NCBI GenBank assembly: GCA_030390025.1
Contig: CM059432.1
Span: forward strand, 58,158,001-58,222,000
Origin: Squalus acanthias
Lineage: Eukaryota
Direction of reading: 5' to 3'
Length of the DNA: 64,000 bases
Below the pieces are notes generated by a model. That model was not told where the DNA came from. It saw only the letters and a program-made list of their open reading frames with translations, and made no database searches. The translations under genes and the position numbers were made by a program. Below, one piece after another: positions 1 through 12,310 of this stretch. Position 1 is the first letter of the stretch; the number at the start of each line of letters is the position of its first letter.

Positions 1-612
1 TAGCCTGTCTATGTCCCCTTGCAGGTTTTTTATGTCCTCCTCACTCACTACTTTCCCTCCCATCTTTGTATCATCTGCAAATTTTGATATGTTACACTTG
101 GTCCCTTCCTCCAAATCGTTAATATAGATTGTGAAGAGTTGGGGACCCAGCACTGACCCCTGTGGAACACCACTAGTTACTGATTGCCAGTCTGAGAATG
201 AACCATTTATCCCAACTCTTTGCTTTCTGTTAGATAGCCAATCCTCTATCCATGCCAGAATATTACCCCCAATCCCGTGATTTTTTACCTTAAGCAATAA
301 TCTTTTGTGTGGCACCTTGTCAAATGCCTTTTGGAAGTCTAAATACACTACGTCCACTGGTTCCCCTTTATCCACTCTATATGTTACTTCCTCAAAGAAC
401 TCCAGCAAATTTGTCAAACATGACTTCCCCTTCGTAAAACCATGCTGACTTTGTCCTATTAAATTATGATTATCCAAATGTCCTGTTACTGTTTCCTTAA
501 TAATGGACTCCAAAATTTTACCTACCACAGATGTTAGGCTAACCGGTCTATAGTTACCAGCCTTCTGTCTACTGCCCTTTTTAAATAAGGGTGTTACATT
601 AGCAGTTTTCCT
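1..612 (-). mobile_element. CR1/HER1-type LINE, ORF2 reverse transcriptase fragment (5'-truncated, continues beyond window start)
   Basis: Reverse strand encodes [32 protein letters not shown] and KFADDTK RT motifs; near-identical to 63649-64000. Confidence 0.95.
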
Positions 613-2575
613 GGGTTACACTATCGTATAAGTTGATATAGGGCAGTGTGAGAACCAGGCCAGATAGAGAATCACATTGGATTCAGCTCAATGTTTAGCT
701 TGCCCGCCTGTAGTATAGATTATAGACTGTCAACTAACTAATACCTGCTTTTTAAAATGGTCCATGCCAAGCTTTACAAGTTCCTTCCTTTTAAACAAAA
801 TGGCATAAGAGCAATTTATTCAAGGTACCAACTTTGGATTCAGTAGCAGCAAGAAGGTAAATTTGCAATGATTACATTTCATTTAGGAGCCCATAAAACT
901 AAATACTGAGACACTCCACAAATCAAGCACAATAGTCCTAATTAACATCATAAAGGAAAAGTTTCTGCCCTCAGTTTAAGATGGCAAATTGTTGTAATTA
1001 ATGTGACAGCCAATGAAAGTTGCTTAGTAACACAAGGTCATTCTTCGAAGAGTATTGTATACACAGGGAATGATTTATTGATGCAGTGATTAGGCAGTAA
1101 ATAATATTACAGAATATGAAGCTCAATGTTATTCCGTTTGCATTATGGAAAATCTCAGAACTCATTGAGCTCCCGTTTACTGCACTGAAATTTTTGTTGC
1201 AGTGAAGGAGAACTTAGACTGTCTTAATGAAACACATAGGTACAGACAAGCACCCTGCATCTTCAGCATTATGAGGCAGTACTTGCAGCAACCATTATTC
1301 CTCACAATGCTGCATGGAGCACACAGCATAAAACATGACTTGCAGTTCATCGCAATAGTTTAAGCACCTAGCAAATCAGCTTTGATATCTGAATTTTTCT
1401 TTTTTTTTTAAACCTCACCTTGGTTGTTAATCTGAGACGCTCATCAGCACTGTGTTTTTGCTTCTTTTTTGTCATGGGCATATGTAATTCCTTTCAAAGC
1501 ACAAAAAAAATTAACTTGGCAGTTGGAAATATTGCCAAATAAAATAGAGAAAATAATTCTTCAAAGCGAAATAAAGGACAGTCCAAGCTGAGGTGCCAAT
1601 CCAAATTTAATTCAGCCTTTAATCAGTACAGTATCTATGTACAGTGAATGTCCAAAAATGTAATACATATAGTGAATGCTCGAGGAATTACCGTGGAAGG
1701 TTTCTATTTATCTTCATCATAATTTCTAGATATTAATCAAATTCATAATGGTCATTTATATTTTATTCAAAGCTTGGACATTGTCTAAAATAGCACTGAA
1801 TAATATTTCAGAGAAAACAAATTGTGAGTGCCCCTGATTTAATAGTTTCTAATTTCAATGCAAAGGATTTTTAAAAATATTCTAGGAAGTAAAAGTCCCC
1901 TCCGTTCTGGTCATTTTTACTGTAATTCTGGTGAGACCACAGCAGAAAGGTAAAAATTGGGCCAAGATATGGCAGTTTCCAGTGGGCATTGCTGAAGGCA
2001 GATCTTCCATCCACTGCAAACAGGGGCATTGTGGGATGAGGCATGGTCGGGGATGCAGACACCCAGACCAGGAGCTTCGACATCCCTGGCCTGGCACAGC
2101 ATCAGAGTTTCAGTACGCTCAATGAGAGGAGGTGCACCAGCCCGCTGACGGCTGATGTGGGGCCCACTTGGGGGTCCAGGTCACGGCCCAGGCCTGGACT
2201 CCTGAAAATCTGCAGTAGTTCCACTATTTATCTGCTCCCTTAAAAAGGAGGCCAAGGGATACAGGTTAATGTTCCTTCCATGGGGAGCCTGGTACCAGCA
2301 CCACCCCAGACCTAGCACCCTAGGCCGCAATTCCGGTCTTTTCTAGCAGGTGGGGGACCCGAGATGTGCCCTTAGAGGTGCAGGCACCCACGGCCATTAT
2401 TTAAATTCGGTCACCTCCCCCTAACCTCACAAATTTTGACAGGGTCAGCCTTGAAGTTCACTGGCAAGCAGATGCCAGCGCTAATGCTGGAGTTGGCAGC
2501 CTGTAGGTATTTAGCACCCTGCTTTTATCTTAATTATATACATATTTTATAGTATTGTTTTTATTTACAATCATG

Positions 2576-2900
2576 TTGTCAGAGGTGCCGTCTTTCGGAT
2601 GAGACGTTAAACTGAGGCCCCGTCTGCTCTCTCAGGTGGACGTAAAAGGTCCCATGGCAATATTTCGAAGAAGAGCAAGGGAGTTATCCCCGGTGTCCTG
2701 GCCCATATTTATCCCTCAATCAACATAACAAAAACAGATTATCTGGTCCTTATCATATTGCTGTTTGTGGGAGCTTGCTGTGCACAATTTGGCTGCTGCG
2801 TTTCCTACAGTGGCTTCAAAAGTACTTAATTGGCTGTAAAGTGCTTTGGGACGTCTGGTGGTCATGAAAGACGCTATAGAAATGTAAATCTTTCTTTCTT
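2576..2900 (+). mobile_element. DeuSINE (SacSINE1/AmnSINE1-like), 5'-truncated
   Basis: Deu-domain-like GAGGTGCCGTCTTTCGGATGAGACGTTAAA...; tail GTAAAGTGCTTTGGGACGTC...GCTATAGAAATG followed by a (TTTC)n-like end. Family recognised from memory. Confidence 0.8.
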
Positions 2901-2992
2901 CCTTTTTTTCTTTATGTACACAAATATCTCAGTTTCAAAACATCTGATTGTCATTCAATCACCAACCACCACTTACATTCTCTGTTAGTATA

Positions 2993-3749
2993 GGGGCTAA
3001 TTTTAACCTCCAAAAACGGGTGGGTTTTGGTTGGCTGGGAAGTTAAAGTTTCAAATCCAAACCTAACCTACCTCGAACCCGCCAACTTCTAGTTTTAGCG
3101 GAGGCGGGTGACTAATCTGCTCTCAGGAGGTGGGTCGGCCATTGAAAGCTTTTAAGGAGGCTGCGTGCCTCCATTTTAACATGCTTTCTATTCTCAACTA
3201 ATGTCAGCTGGGTTTCCTTGGCCTTGGGAAGCCCGGCAGCAAAAAGGAGGCGAGAAGGGCTGGATCCATAAGATAAGTACCTTTACAGCACTGCTTGTGG
3301 GCCAGGAGGAGCAGGAGTGTTTCCTCCCAGCCCAACAAGCTGCCCAGTAAACCCCGCCCCGTCCGCCCCCCCCACCTCTACGATCTCCGGCCCCGCTATT
3401 TCACCCCTCCGACCACGCTCTACCCCACTGCGGCCACTATCTCGCCCCGTGATCACCATCACACCGCCACCCCTTCCCCCCCCCGACCAACCTCTACCCA
3501 TCCCCGCAATCTCTCTCCCCCCACAATTCCTCCCTCCTCCCCACCACTAGACCTACCTGCTCCTCCACTGTGTCCTGCTGCTGCAGGCTTTGCTGCCCGA
3601 CAGGTAGCCAGCCTGTCAATGAGGCTGGCTGTCCGGCGGGAAAGCTGGAGAAAAAATTTAAAACACGTCATGCAGTTAAAAACTTTGTGTTTCCCATCCA
3701 TAACTCTTTTCCCCCACTCCGAACGCGCGGCTCGGTAAATATCAGGGCC
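2993..3749 (+). mobile_element. Non-autonomous Harbinger-type MITE (family also at 22368-23170)
   Basis: Imperfect 16-bp TIRs GGGGCTAATTTTAACC / GGTAAATATCAGGGCC; internal blocks such as AAGTACCTTT..AGCACTGCTTGTGGGCC are shared in reverse with 22368-23170. Confidence 0.7.
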
Positions 3750-5139
3750 TATGATGCTGAAGAGCAAAATGTTTATGAAAAAAAATTGAAAACTATTTAG
3801 CCAGACTTGAAAGCATGCTTATCAGGCCAACAACGTATATCATCTGACCTGCTATTTGTAATTGCTTTTTGTATGAGTGTGGGGAGAGGGGAGAGAGAAA
3901 GAGATAGATTCTTTTTTGACCTAGTTCAGTGATTTATTACCAATAACAAATCATACTCTAATTACTAACTGCTTCTAACATGGAACTGAAAATGGAAACA
4001 AAAGAATCAGTTTTTCTATTTAGCAATATGGTGGAATTTTTTGTGTGTGCTCAAGATGATTGATTGCGAGTAAAATTTAGTAATATGCTTCTGGCTTTTA
4101 TTCCTGGAGTTTCTTTCTTCAGTGAAGCTGTTTGCTTTCTATTTGCAATAAGCATTTTTAGGTGCTGTATATTTTTGGAATGTTTTGACAGTAATTAAAA
4201 GGCTGTACTGGAGACTGTTTCTCAGTGGAAATAAAATTGTAAAATAAATTTCAGTTATACTGGTTCATCCACTTTTTTTGTGTTGCTTTTGCAAACATGT
4301 AACATAATGATAAATATAAAAAACAAGTTAAAACATATATGGCAGAAATGAATATTAAATTAAGTGCATTACCTCTCTGGGGATTTGAAATGGATAGATG
4401 TTGTCAGACACATTTGAGGGCAGCTATATGCAAATAATAAACACATCTCTGTGTTGTAGGGTCAATATCATCCATGTTCCTACTTGGTGGGTTACGTTTG
4501 GTGGCAACCTAGGCCATAAAATACTGAGTTAGGTGAAATTATGATGATTTACCACTTCAACAACAAGAAGTGAATCATTTGACCTCTCCTAACAAGTCTT
4601 GGTCAGGTTTCTGTAATGGCTATAGTAAAAATGGCATTCATAACAGACAAAGAAACCACGCTTTCACAAACCAGAGCTCAAAGTTTTAGTCACAAAGGTT
4701 GTAAAATGTCAACTACATTTTATGGGAGCGTCTACAATAGATCTTATATTTTTAGAGTATTGAAAGACCTGGGCAGAAGTGACAAAAGAGCCAATAAAAT
4801 ATCTCTGATATCCAGGGATATAGAAGAACGCAGACAACAATTTAGTGACTCAAAAGGGGTTGCTAGGCTGAAGATGCCACAGTGAGCAACACAAAGACAC
4901 GCTGGTACAGGCTGTGCTCTGCTCTCCTCTCCCCTTCCAGCTACTGAAAAGAGGGTTTTAAATCCTGAGCGAGGAGTTGATCCAAACAACTGGCTCCTCA
5001 TTGTGTGGCAAGTTGATTTACAATGCATGTTTGGTTTGTTTTTAAATTGTTGAGAAACCCAGATAAAGAGCATAAAACAAAAGGCAATGGTTAGGTGGCA
5101 TTAAGCTTGGTTTTTAAAAGTCTGCAACTTACTCTGAGC

Positions 5140-5545
5140 TCATCAAGGTGAGGAATGTTAATGCTGATAGATGGAATACTTACAGTTTAGGCTTCCAGTC
5201 TCTACCCTCAAGCACTCCCAGGTCAAGTACAGCATGGGTGGATACAAAATAAAGCTTCCTCAACTCTGCCCCAACTCTGCCTCCACACCATACTCAAGGT
5301 GGCATTTTCCTTTTCCCACACTAGCCATCCCATGACTTCTCTGAATTCCAATTACCTGCCAAACTCAGAGCAGTTTTCTGCTGTAGACTGTTGCTCACAG
5401 GCACAGGGTTGAAACTGCCCAAACTTATTTCATATAGGGCTTTACAGCATCAGATGGAGGAGACGTTCATTCCAACAGTCTGAGTCAGGTTCAGTCCCAT
5501 ACCTCAAGGGTGAAAGGCCATATCTAAACTATTATGCCACCCTCA
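5140..5545 (-). mobile_element. Old tRNA-headed SINE-like repeat
   Basis: Degenerate tRNA-like head on the minus strand near 5545 (GGGTGGCATAATAGTTTAG...); family not assigned. Confidence 0.35.
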
Positions 5546-6544
5546 AGAGCAGTAGCTATGAGGAACAGTGTCTCAGCTAAATCAATGGCTACCAGTGAGC
5601 ACGTATTGGAATTTGTGCAGAGGTTAGTGTGCTTTGGAGGATTTTCTATTAAGATGAATTCTGAGCCAATATGCACGTCCAGCATATGAAGCCAGGAGCA
5701 AACATTTATGAAATCTTTGCGTACATTGATTAACTCCTTTCAAATATATATATATTTTTTGAAATAGGATTGTGATATAATCAAATGCTCCAAGGTCTGT
5801 AGAGGAAAGCTTGCTGAGGTTGAATAGTAGAGACGGGTGAATGTTCTGGAGTTTTGCTTCTTATCTTTGGGAATCAGAGAATATATTCCACGATAGGATA
5901 GATTGTATGAGGCTGATAATGTTACATTCCCATTGTGCTGAGCTACATTGGGTGCCAACTCCCTCATTATGGACACTGAGGCTCGATGCGCAGTGGACCT
6001 GATAATCTGACCCAGTAACACCTTTTGTGTGCCAGGCTCATGAAGCCCCTGATTTTAATACAAATTAGGGGAGGTATCAATAATGCGCTTGGAATGCCTA
6101 AATCATGCTCCGTGTGCTCAGTGTCCAAATAAAATGGATGCTGCATGGAAGGCCTTTCGCTGTACTTTCGCTGGGTCCTTGCTTTTAAAAATGCATCACT
6201 GTTTTTTGTGCAGCTGTTTGCAATGCACTATTTTTCTGCTTTATTGCTTTTGTGGGAGAAAGCGCAGGGTCCTGCGTGGCGAGCACGTGCATGCAGCACC
6301 TGAAGAACAGATTCCTACTGCTGCTGTGCCCATACCTCATTATCGGCTCCAATTTGGTCTGTGGAAAGAGTGGCTTTAATGGGCCAAATGGTCGTTTATT
6401 ATTTCATGCTTTCTTATGGTTTTACCAATCATTGGCGGCCAGTATGGTAGAATTGGGGGAGGGGGGGGAGAGCTTTTAGTTCTGCCATAACTGCTGTGCC
6501 ACTTTGTGGAAGTTTCAGTGAATCTGACTAAAGTTAAATGGCTC

Positions 6545-6920
6545 CCTGGTGACTCATGGCTCAGTAGTAAGTTGCACTGTGTGCTGTGTCACTAAATTAT
6601 ACAGACCAGCTAGGTCTGTGTGTGCTGAATAGCTAATCTCAGCCTGGGTGGGGCAAAAGTATTACATGGTTTGGGAGGGAGAAAATATCAGCTAGCATTC
6701 CTGCTTCTGACTGGTCGCCAATGACCCCTGTTATAAGCTGGATGTGTGTGGTTGCTGGGTGAAGAAAAGATTAGGCTCAGCTGTGATGCCTCCTTGATAA
6801 AATAGCTCAGCTGCACTTACTATCAAGATTCACACACGAGGAATGGCCACTCTGCCAAGGCACTAAGTGGCTACCCAGCACCTATGGAATCCCACCGGCT
6901 TTCAGGTAAGAGAAGTGGAG
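6545..6920 (+). mobile_element. LF-SINE-like element, diverged
   Basis: TGGCTCAGT head, GCTGAATAGCTAATCTCAGCC, GCTCAGCTGTGATGCC and GAATGGCCAC blocks match the LF-SINE consensus as recalled. Confidence 0.7.
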
Positions 6921-8199
6921 AAGACTTGAGGGTGGTAATTATTATTCAGTTTCCATTGTACATTATTTCCTATAAGTATGATGATTTAGAAGTGAAGTAA
7001 ACTATTTTCAAATTTGTCATGAAAAAATGAAAATGTTTTATTTGTCTTCTTTTACTTGAAGACTTGTAAAATAAATCATTGATTTTTATCATCAGTTCTA
7101 ATCAATTTTTCCTCAAAGAAAGTAGACAGATAAATTGTCAAAAGTAATTGAAAATGTAAAACACATGCAAAGTGACCCCCCCCTCCCCACCTTGTGTTGA
7201 ACATTTTCATGTTCTGAAATCCTCTGGCTCATGTGGTGTTCTTTTACCTTCCGAGTCCTGATTTTCTAAATTTAAACATTCAGTAGATGGCTTGGTTGTT
7301 GCCAACTAATTGGCAAAGCAATGCTGCCTGCTGTGCAAAATCAGAGTCTGATTGTTCGTGCTCCTTCCACACACGGCTCCTGTACGATGTGTTCAAGATG
7401 GGTATTTCTGTCAGAAACTGCTACTTAATAAAATTTAAATGCGCCAGGCATAGTATAATACCAAAGGATAATCAGGACCTACAATGATATTTATCGTAGA
7501 ATATTGATATTTATACAAAGAAAAAAAAGAGACAACTGTGTGAGAAGTTTAAATCAGTGGTGGGTACTAAATTCAATTTTAAATATAATTTAAGCAGCAC
7601 AAGCTCAGCACTAAATAGATAGAAAAGAGGCAAATTATTGCCACATATTCGAATATCAATGCTTCAGATTGACGATGAATTCTTGATGTTGTAATTTACT
7701 GCCACTGGTAGCACACCATATTCAACAGTCAGTAGAGAATAACATTATTCCAGCAGTCTGTCCAAGGAAAACATGTATAAGAAGGTTGTTGGAGTGGGAC
7801 TGATACCGATGGTGAATGCAGCAAGTTGAGCTTTTCAGATCTTGTGGATCTTTAGAATAATATGAATTTAAGTGTCAAATATAGGGCAATGCAAATGTTG
7901 ATTACTTATATTTACAGCATCTTCATACTGAATGGAATCAGGCACGCAATATCAAATCTCCTGAATCTTTACACACTCTAATCTCATCCTGAAGTGTGAA
8001 CCATGCTGGTGTAAGTTTGGAGACACTGCAGTGTAAGGAAAGATGGATTGTAATCCAACCTGTCAGTCCCATTATACCTTAATATTACAAGAATTGGAAC
8101 AAATGTATAGATGCAGACAGGAATTGTGTGTGACCAACAATTCTATTGCGTGTATATCAAATAAGGCTCCAAATAGAATAGCAAAGATCTGACACTTAA

Positions 8200-11100
8200 A
8201 CCTGGATTTTCAGATTGGGCATGAGACCAAAAGTAGTATGGAATGTGAATCGTGCCTGCCCAACATAACGAGCTCTGACATGACTATAACTTTCAGAATC
8301 AGACTCATTATATCCTTTGGGTAAACTTCAGGCATCAGACATGCCTCTAATTTAGAGCTTGTCCACCAGGGGACAGGTAATAGTGTGTTGCTACAGGCTC
8401 TAAAGAACTGCAGCAGCTTAAAGTGGCTGGCATCATCAGAATTGTTTTTTTGTCATGGGAAAAAAATTAATAGAATTGCATAGGATTTACAGCACAAAAA
8501 CAGACCATTCAGCCCAACAAAGCCAGTGTTTATGCTTCATACGAGCCTCCGCCCACTTTATTTATTTTATCTCTCACCCTATCAACAACATTGAGAGAAC
8601 TAAGAATGCCTGGCAATTGTGCAGGGGCAGAGAGCCCTCAGGTTCTCAAATTAAGTTGTGAAAGTACTGTTGGAGGCAGTGAGGAAGAAGAGGGAAACCC
8701 TCTTTGGGATTGAGCATAACAGGACCCCAAAGAGAGTTTCCCAGTGACAATGCATGAAGGAGGGAAGGGCAGTGTGTGACAACTCTACACCAACCCATGC
8801 ATGGTCAGCCAGTGCAGGAAGACGTTTAAAGATCTTACCAGGTTAGACAAAGAAGCAAAGCCAACCTTTGTTGACATAATGTACAGGGTGGATAAAGGGG
8901 AACCAGTGGATGTAGTGTATTTAGACTTCCAGAAGGCATTCGACAAGGTGCCACATAAAAGATTATTGCTCAAGATAAAAAATCACTGGATTGGGGGTAA
9001 TATTCTGGCATGGGTGGAGGATTAGTTATCTAACAGGAAGCAGAGAGTTGGGATAAATGGTTCATTCTCAGACTGGCAACCAGTAGCCAGTGGTGTTCCG
9101 CAGGGGTCGGTGCTGGGTCCCCAACTCTTTACAATCTATATTAACGATTTGGAGGAGGGGACCGAGTGTAACATATCAAAGTTTGCAGATGATACAAAGA
9201 TGGGAGGGAAAGTAGAAAGTGAGGAGGACATAAAAAACCTACAAGGGGATATAGACAGGCTGGGTGAGTGGGCGGAGATTTGGCAGATGCAATACAATAT
9301 TGGAAAATGTGAGGTTATGCACTTTGGCAGGAAAAATCAGAGAGCAAGTTATTATCTTAATGGCGAGAAACTGGAAAGTACTGCAGTACAAAGGGATCTG
9401 GGGGTCCTAGTGCAAGAAAATCAAAAAGTTAGTATGCAGGTGCAGCAAGTGATCAAGAAGGCCAACGGAATGTTGGCTTTTATTGCTAGGGGGATAGATT
9501 ATAAAAACAGGGAGGTATTGCTGCAGTTATATAAGGTATTGGTGAGACTGCACCTGGAATACTGCGTACAGTTTTGGTGTCCATACTTAAGAAAAGACAT
9601 ACTTGCTCTCGAGGCAGTACAAAGAAGGTTCACTCGGTTAATCCCGGGGATGAGGGGGTGGACATATGAGGAGAGGTTGAGTAGATTGGGACTCTACTCA
9701 TTGGAGTTCAGAAGAATGAGAGGCGATCTTATTGAAACATATAAGATTGTGAAGGGGCTTGATCGGGTGGATGCGGTAAGGATGTTCCCAAGGATGGGTG
9801 AAACTAGAACTAGGGGGCATAATCTTAGAATAAGGGGCTGCTCTTTCAAAACTGAGATGAGGAGAAACTTCTTCACTCAGAGGGTAGTGGGTCTGTGGAA
9901 TTTGCTGCCCCAGGAAGCTGTGGAAGCTACAATCATTAAATAAATGTAAAACAAAAATAGATAGTTTCCAAGAGGTAAAGGGAATTAGGGGTTACGGTGA
10001 GCGGGCAGGAAATTGGACATGAGGCTGTGTTCGGATCGGTTAGGGCCCTGTGGGTGGCGGAGCGGGCCCAGGGGCTGAGTGGCCGGGTCCTGCTCCTACT
10101 TCTTGTGTTCTTTAGATTTGAGGTTAGGATCAGATCAGCCATGATCTTATTGAATGGCGGAGCAGGCTTGAGGGGCCGATTGGCCTACTCCTGCTCCTAT
10201 TTCTTATGTTCTTATGTTCTAACCACACCTTTCAAGAATGCACTGGTACTAACCATGTCTGCCACTTAGAATTACCTCCCTATCACAATGTGTTAAAAGT
10301 ATTTTAATTGTTTATCATCAATGCCCATGGGGCAATTGTCTGCTCTTTACATGCCTAGTCTTCAACTGAAGGTGTCCATTCACTCACATCACTACATGGG
10401 TTCACCCCACAGAAAGCTTCATTTGGAACATACATCTGTCATCACATGCTGACACCTTGATGTCACTAAATGTCATAATAACAAAAGGCAATTCTCACTT
10501 TCTGCATTTTTTTCAAGGACAAGGCAGTCCATAATACCTGTGAGAGAGCGAGGTCACAGGTGGCTGCCACCAAACCTCCAAGCTCTCGCCTCCATAACAA
10601 TGAAGAGCTGCAGATCCTGGGAAGGGAGGTCATAGAGTTTGCCAAGGAGGGAATGTACCAGCCACATCTCAGGACTTAACTCCTGCGAGACAAGGGCCAC
10701 CTAGATCCCAGCAACCAGCCACCTTATGCTCTCTTGCTACTGAGGTACCACCTAGGAGAAGCACAACCCTACGGTTAAGACCACATACTTTGTACCCTGG
10801 CACCAAAGAGAATTGCCATGGTAGGATGCACTAGGCACACACACAATACAATTCTGACTAAATTATGGTTGCACTAAAGTTTTGTGAGCAGACATTGTCC
10901 TTGGACGGGTTTGAAAATTATTTTCATCAGGTCACACTCATGTGAATGAAAGCTGGATGAGATGGTGCATAGAGAGAAGGGTCTGTAGATGATGGCAAAC
11001 CTATGGAGGGAAGATGTAGAAAGGACTATTAATGTAGTGGCCAAAGATGGAAGTTATAAGATCTCCTGTATGAGAGTGGCACAAATGTCCTTTGCAGCTA

Positions 11101-11645
11101 GCAATAAGTTGTCCTTTTCAGGATGCTGCTGCTCCTCTTGTTGATCCCCTTGCTGCCCATGGGGCCTTTCTCCTCTGGAGCATTCATGATAAGGCATTCT
11201 TGCAAGGCAAAGTTATGCAGCAGACAGCACAGATGTAATGAGGAGAAAGTGGCAGCCCTACAGCAAATGGCACAAAGGTGAATACTTGGCTAGGGAAAAT
11301 AATCAGATCAGAAATGACCTATAAACTGCTGCTGTGACTGTAGTTACTGGACGCTTTAAATGCTCTTCCACCTTCTCCAGAGTACCTGGATGCCTGTTTT
11401 ATAAGGGCAAGAAGAGGAAACAGTGCAAATGAGGTGTAAATAATGGAAAATGAAGCATCTGACAGCATGATTTCATTTTCGCCTCATTTCTAAAAGTGGA
11501 CACTGGAAATGATGGCAGAAAATGGGGCAGTGTAAAAGGAGTTCTCGGATTTCTAATCATTAATCAGATGATTCCAATTGTATGCTATTTTATCGGGTTC
11601 TCTTTATGGTGGATGAGCGAAAGAAATCCAACGGAAATTCACCCC
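8200..11645 (+). mobile_element. Highly decayed Harbinger transposon (Myb/SANT gene remnants) interrupted by a CR1
   Basis: 8620-8850 encodes KVLLEAVRKKRETLF...QCRKTFKDLTRL (cf. QCRKKFNDLTRL of 24589-24823); an exon-2-like remnant lies at ~10518-10600; TIR-like ends at ~8200 and ~11632-11645 are approximate. Confidence 0.55.
8876..10220 (+). mobile_element. CR1 LINE 3' portion (RT C-terminal half and 3' UTR)
   Basis: ORFs 8801-9025 and 9110-9943 carry RT motifs and are separated by one TAG; ends in CTCCTGCTCCTATTTCTTATGTTCTTATGTT. Confidence 0.95.
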
Positions 11646-11699
11646 TCCTCCCCCAGGTTTCAAACAATTTATTAGTTTGAGCCACTTTATACTAGATGC

Positions 11700-12310
11700 A
11701 AAACATTGAGGTACGCAGATTGGGTGACCGCTTTGCGGAACACCTCCGTTCAGTCCGGAAGGGTGACCCCGAGCTTCCGGTCGCTTGTCATTTTAATTCA
11801 CCCCTCCACGCTCACTCAGACCTCACCGTCCTCGGCCTCTTGCATTGTTCCACGGAAGCGCAGCGTAAGCTCCAGGAACAGCACCTCATCTTCCGTTTAG
11901 GCACTTTACAGCCTTCCGGACTCAATATCGAGTTCAACAATTTCAGATCATAACCCCGGCCCCTACCACATATGTATACATTTTATCCACTCTTTTGGTC
12001 CGTGCCTTTTTCCTTTTTTTCTCTCTCTCCCCCCACGGCAGCTGTCTCTGATTCTGCCAGCATTTCACACCTTACCTTTTGTTTCTCAACCTGTCCCATT
12101 ACCATCTCATCTTGCCTTGAGCATCTCTCAATGTCTCTACTCACTAAAGACCATCCCTTTTGTTCTTTTATTCCTCCCCCCAGCCTCCCCCTTGCATTTT
12201 TATCTGTTTATTTCTTGCTCTCTCAGTTTCGACCTGAAACGTTAACTCTCTTTCTCTCTCCACGGATGTTGCCTGGCCTGCTGAGTTTTTCCAGCATTTT
12301 CTGTTGTTTT
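11700..12310 (+). mobile_element. Penelope-like element 3' fragment (GIY-YIG endonuclease C-terminus plus pLTR)
   Basis: ORF 11696-11953 RRLGDRFAEHLRSV...PVACHFN...EQHLIFRLGTLQPSGLN is typical of PLE GIY-YIG; downstream sequence is homologous to 54600-55100. Confidence 0.88.

Noticed and set aside
3283..3800. Pro-rich/Gly-rich ORFs of 72-147 aa
   Set aside because: Arise from the C-rich low-complexity interior of a MITE; no domain or splice support.
4740..4850. Weak similarity to the CR1 RT end (RANKISL..IEERR)
   Set aside because: Too degenerate to support as a feature.
7287..7401. Possible exon (AG|ATGGCTTGG...ATGG|GTATTT)
   Set aside because: Weak acceptor and donor, peptide unrecognisable.
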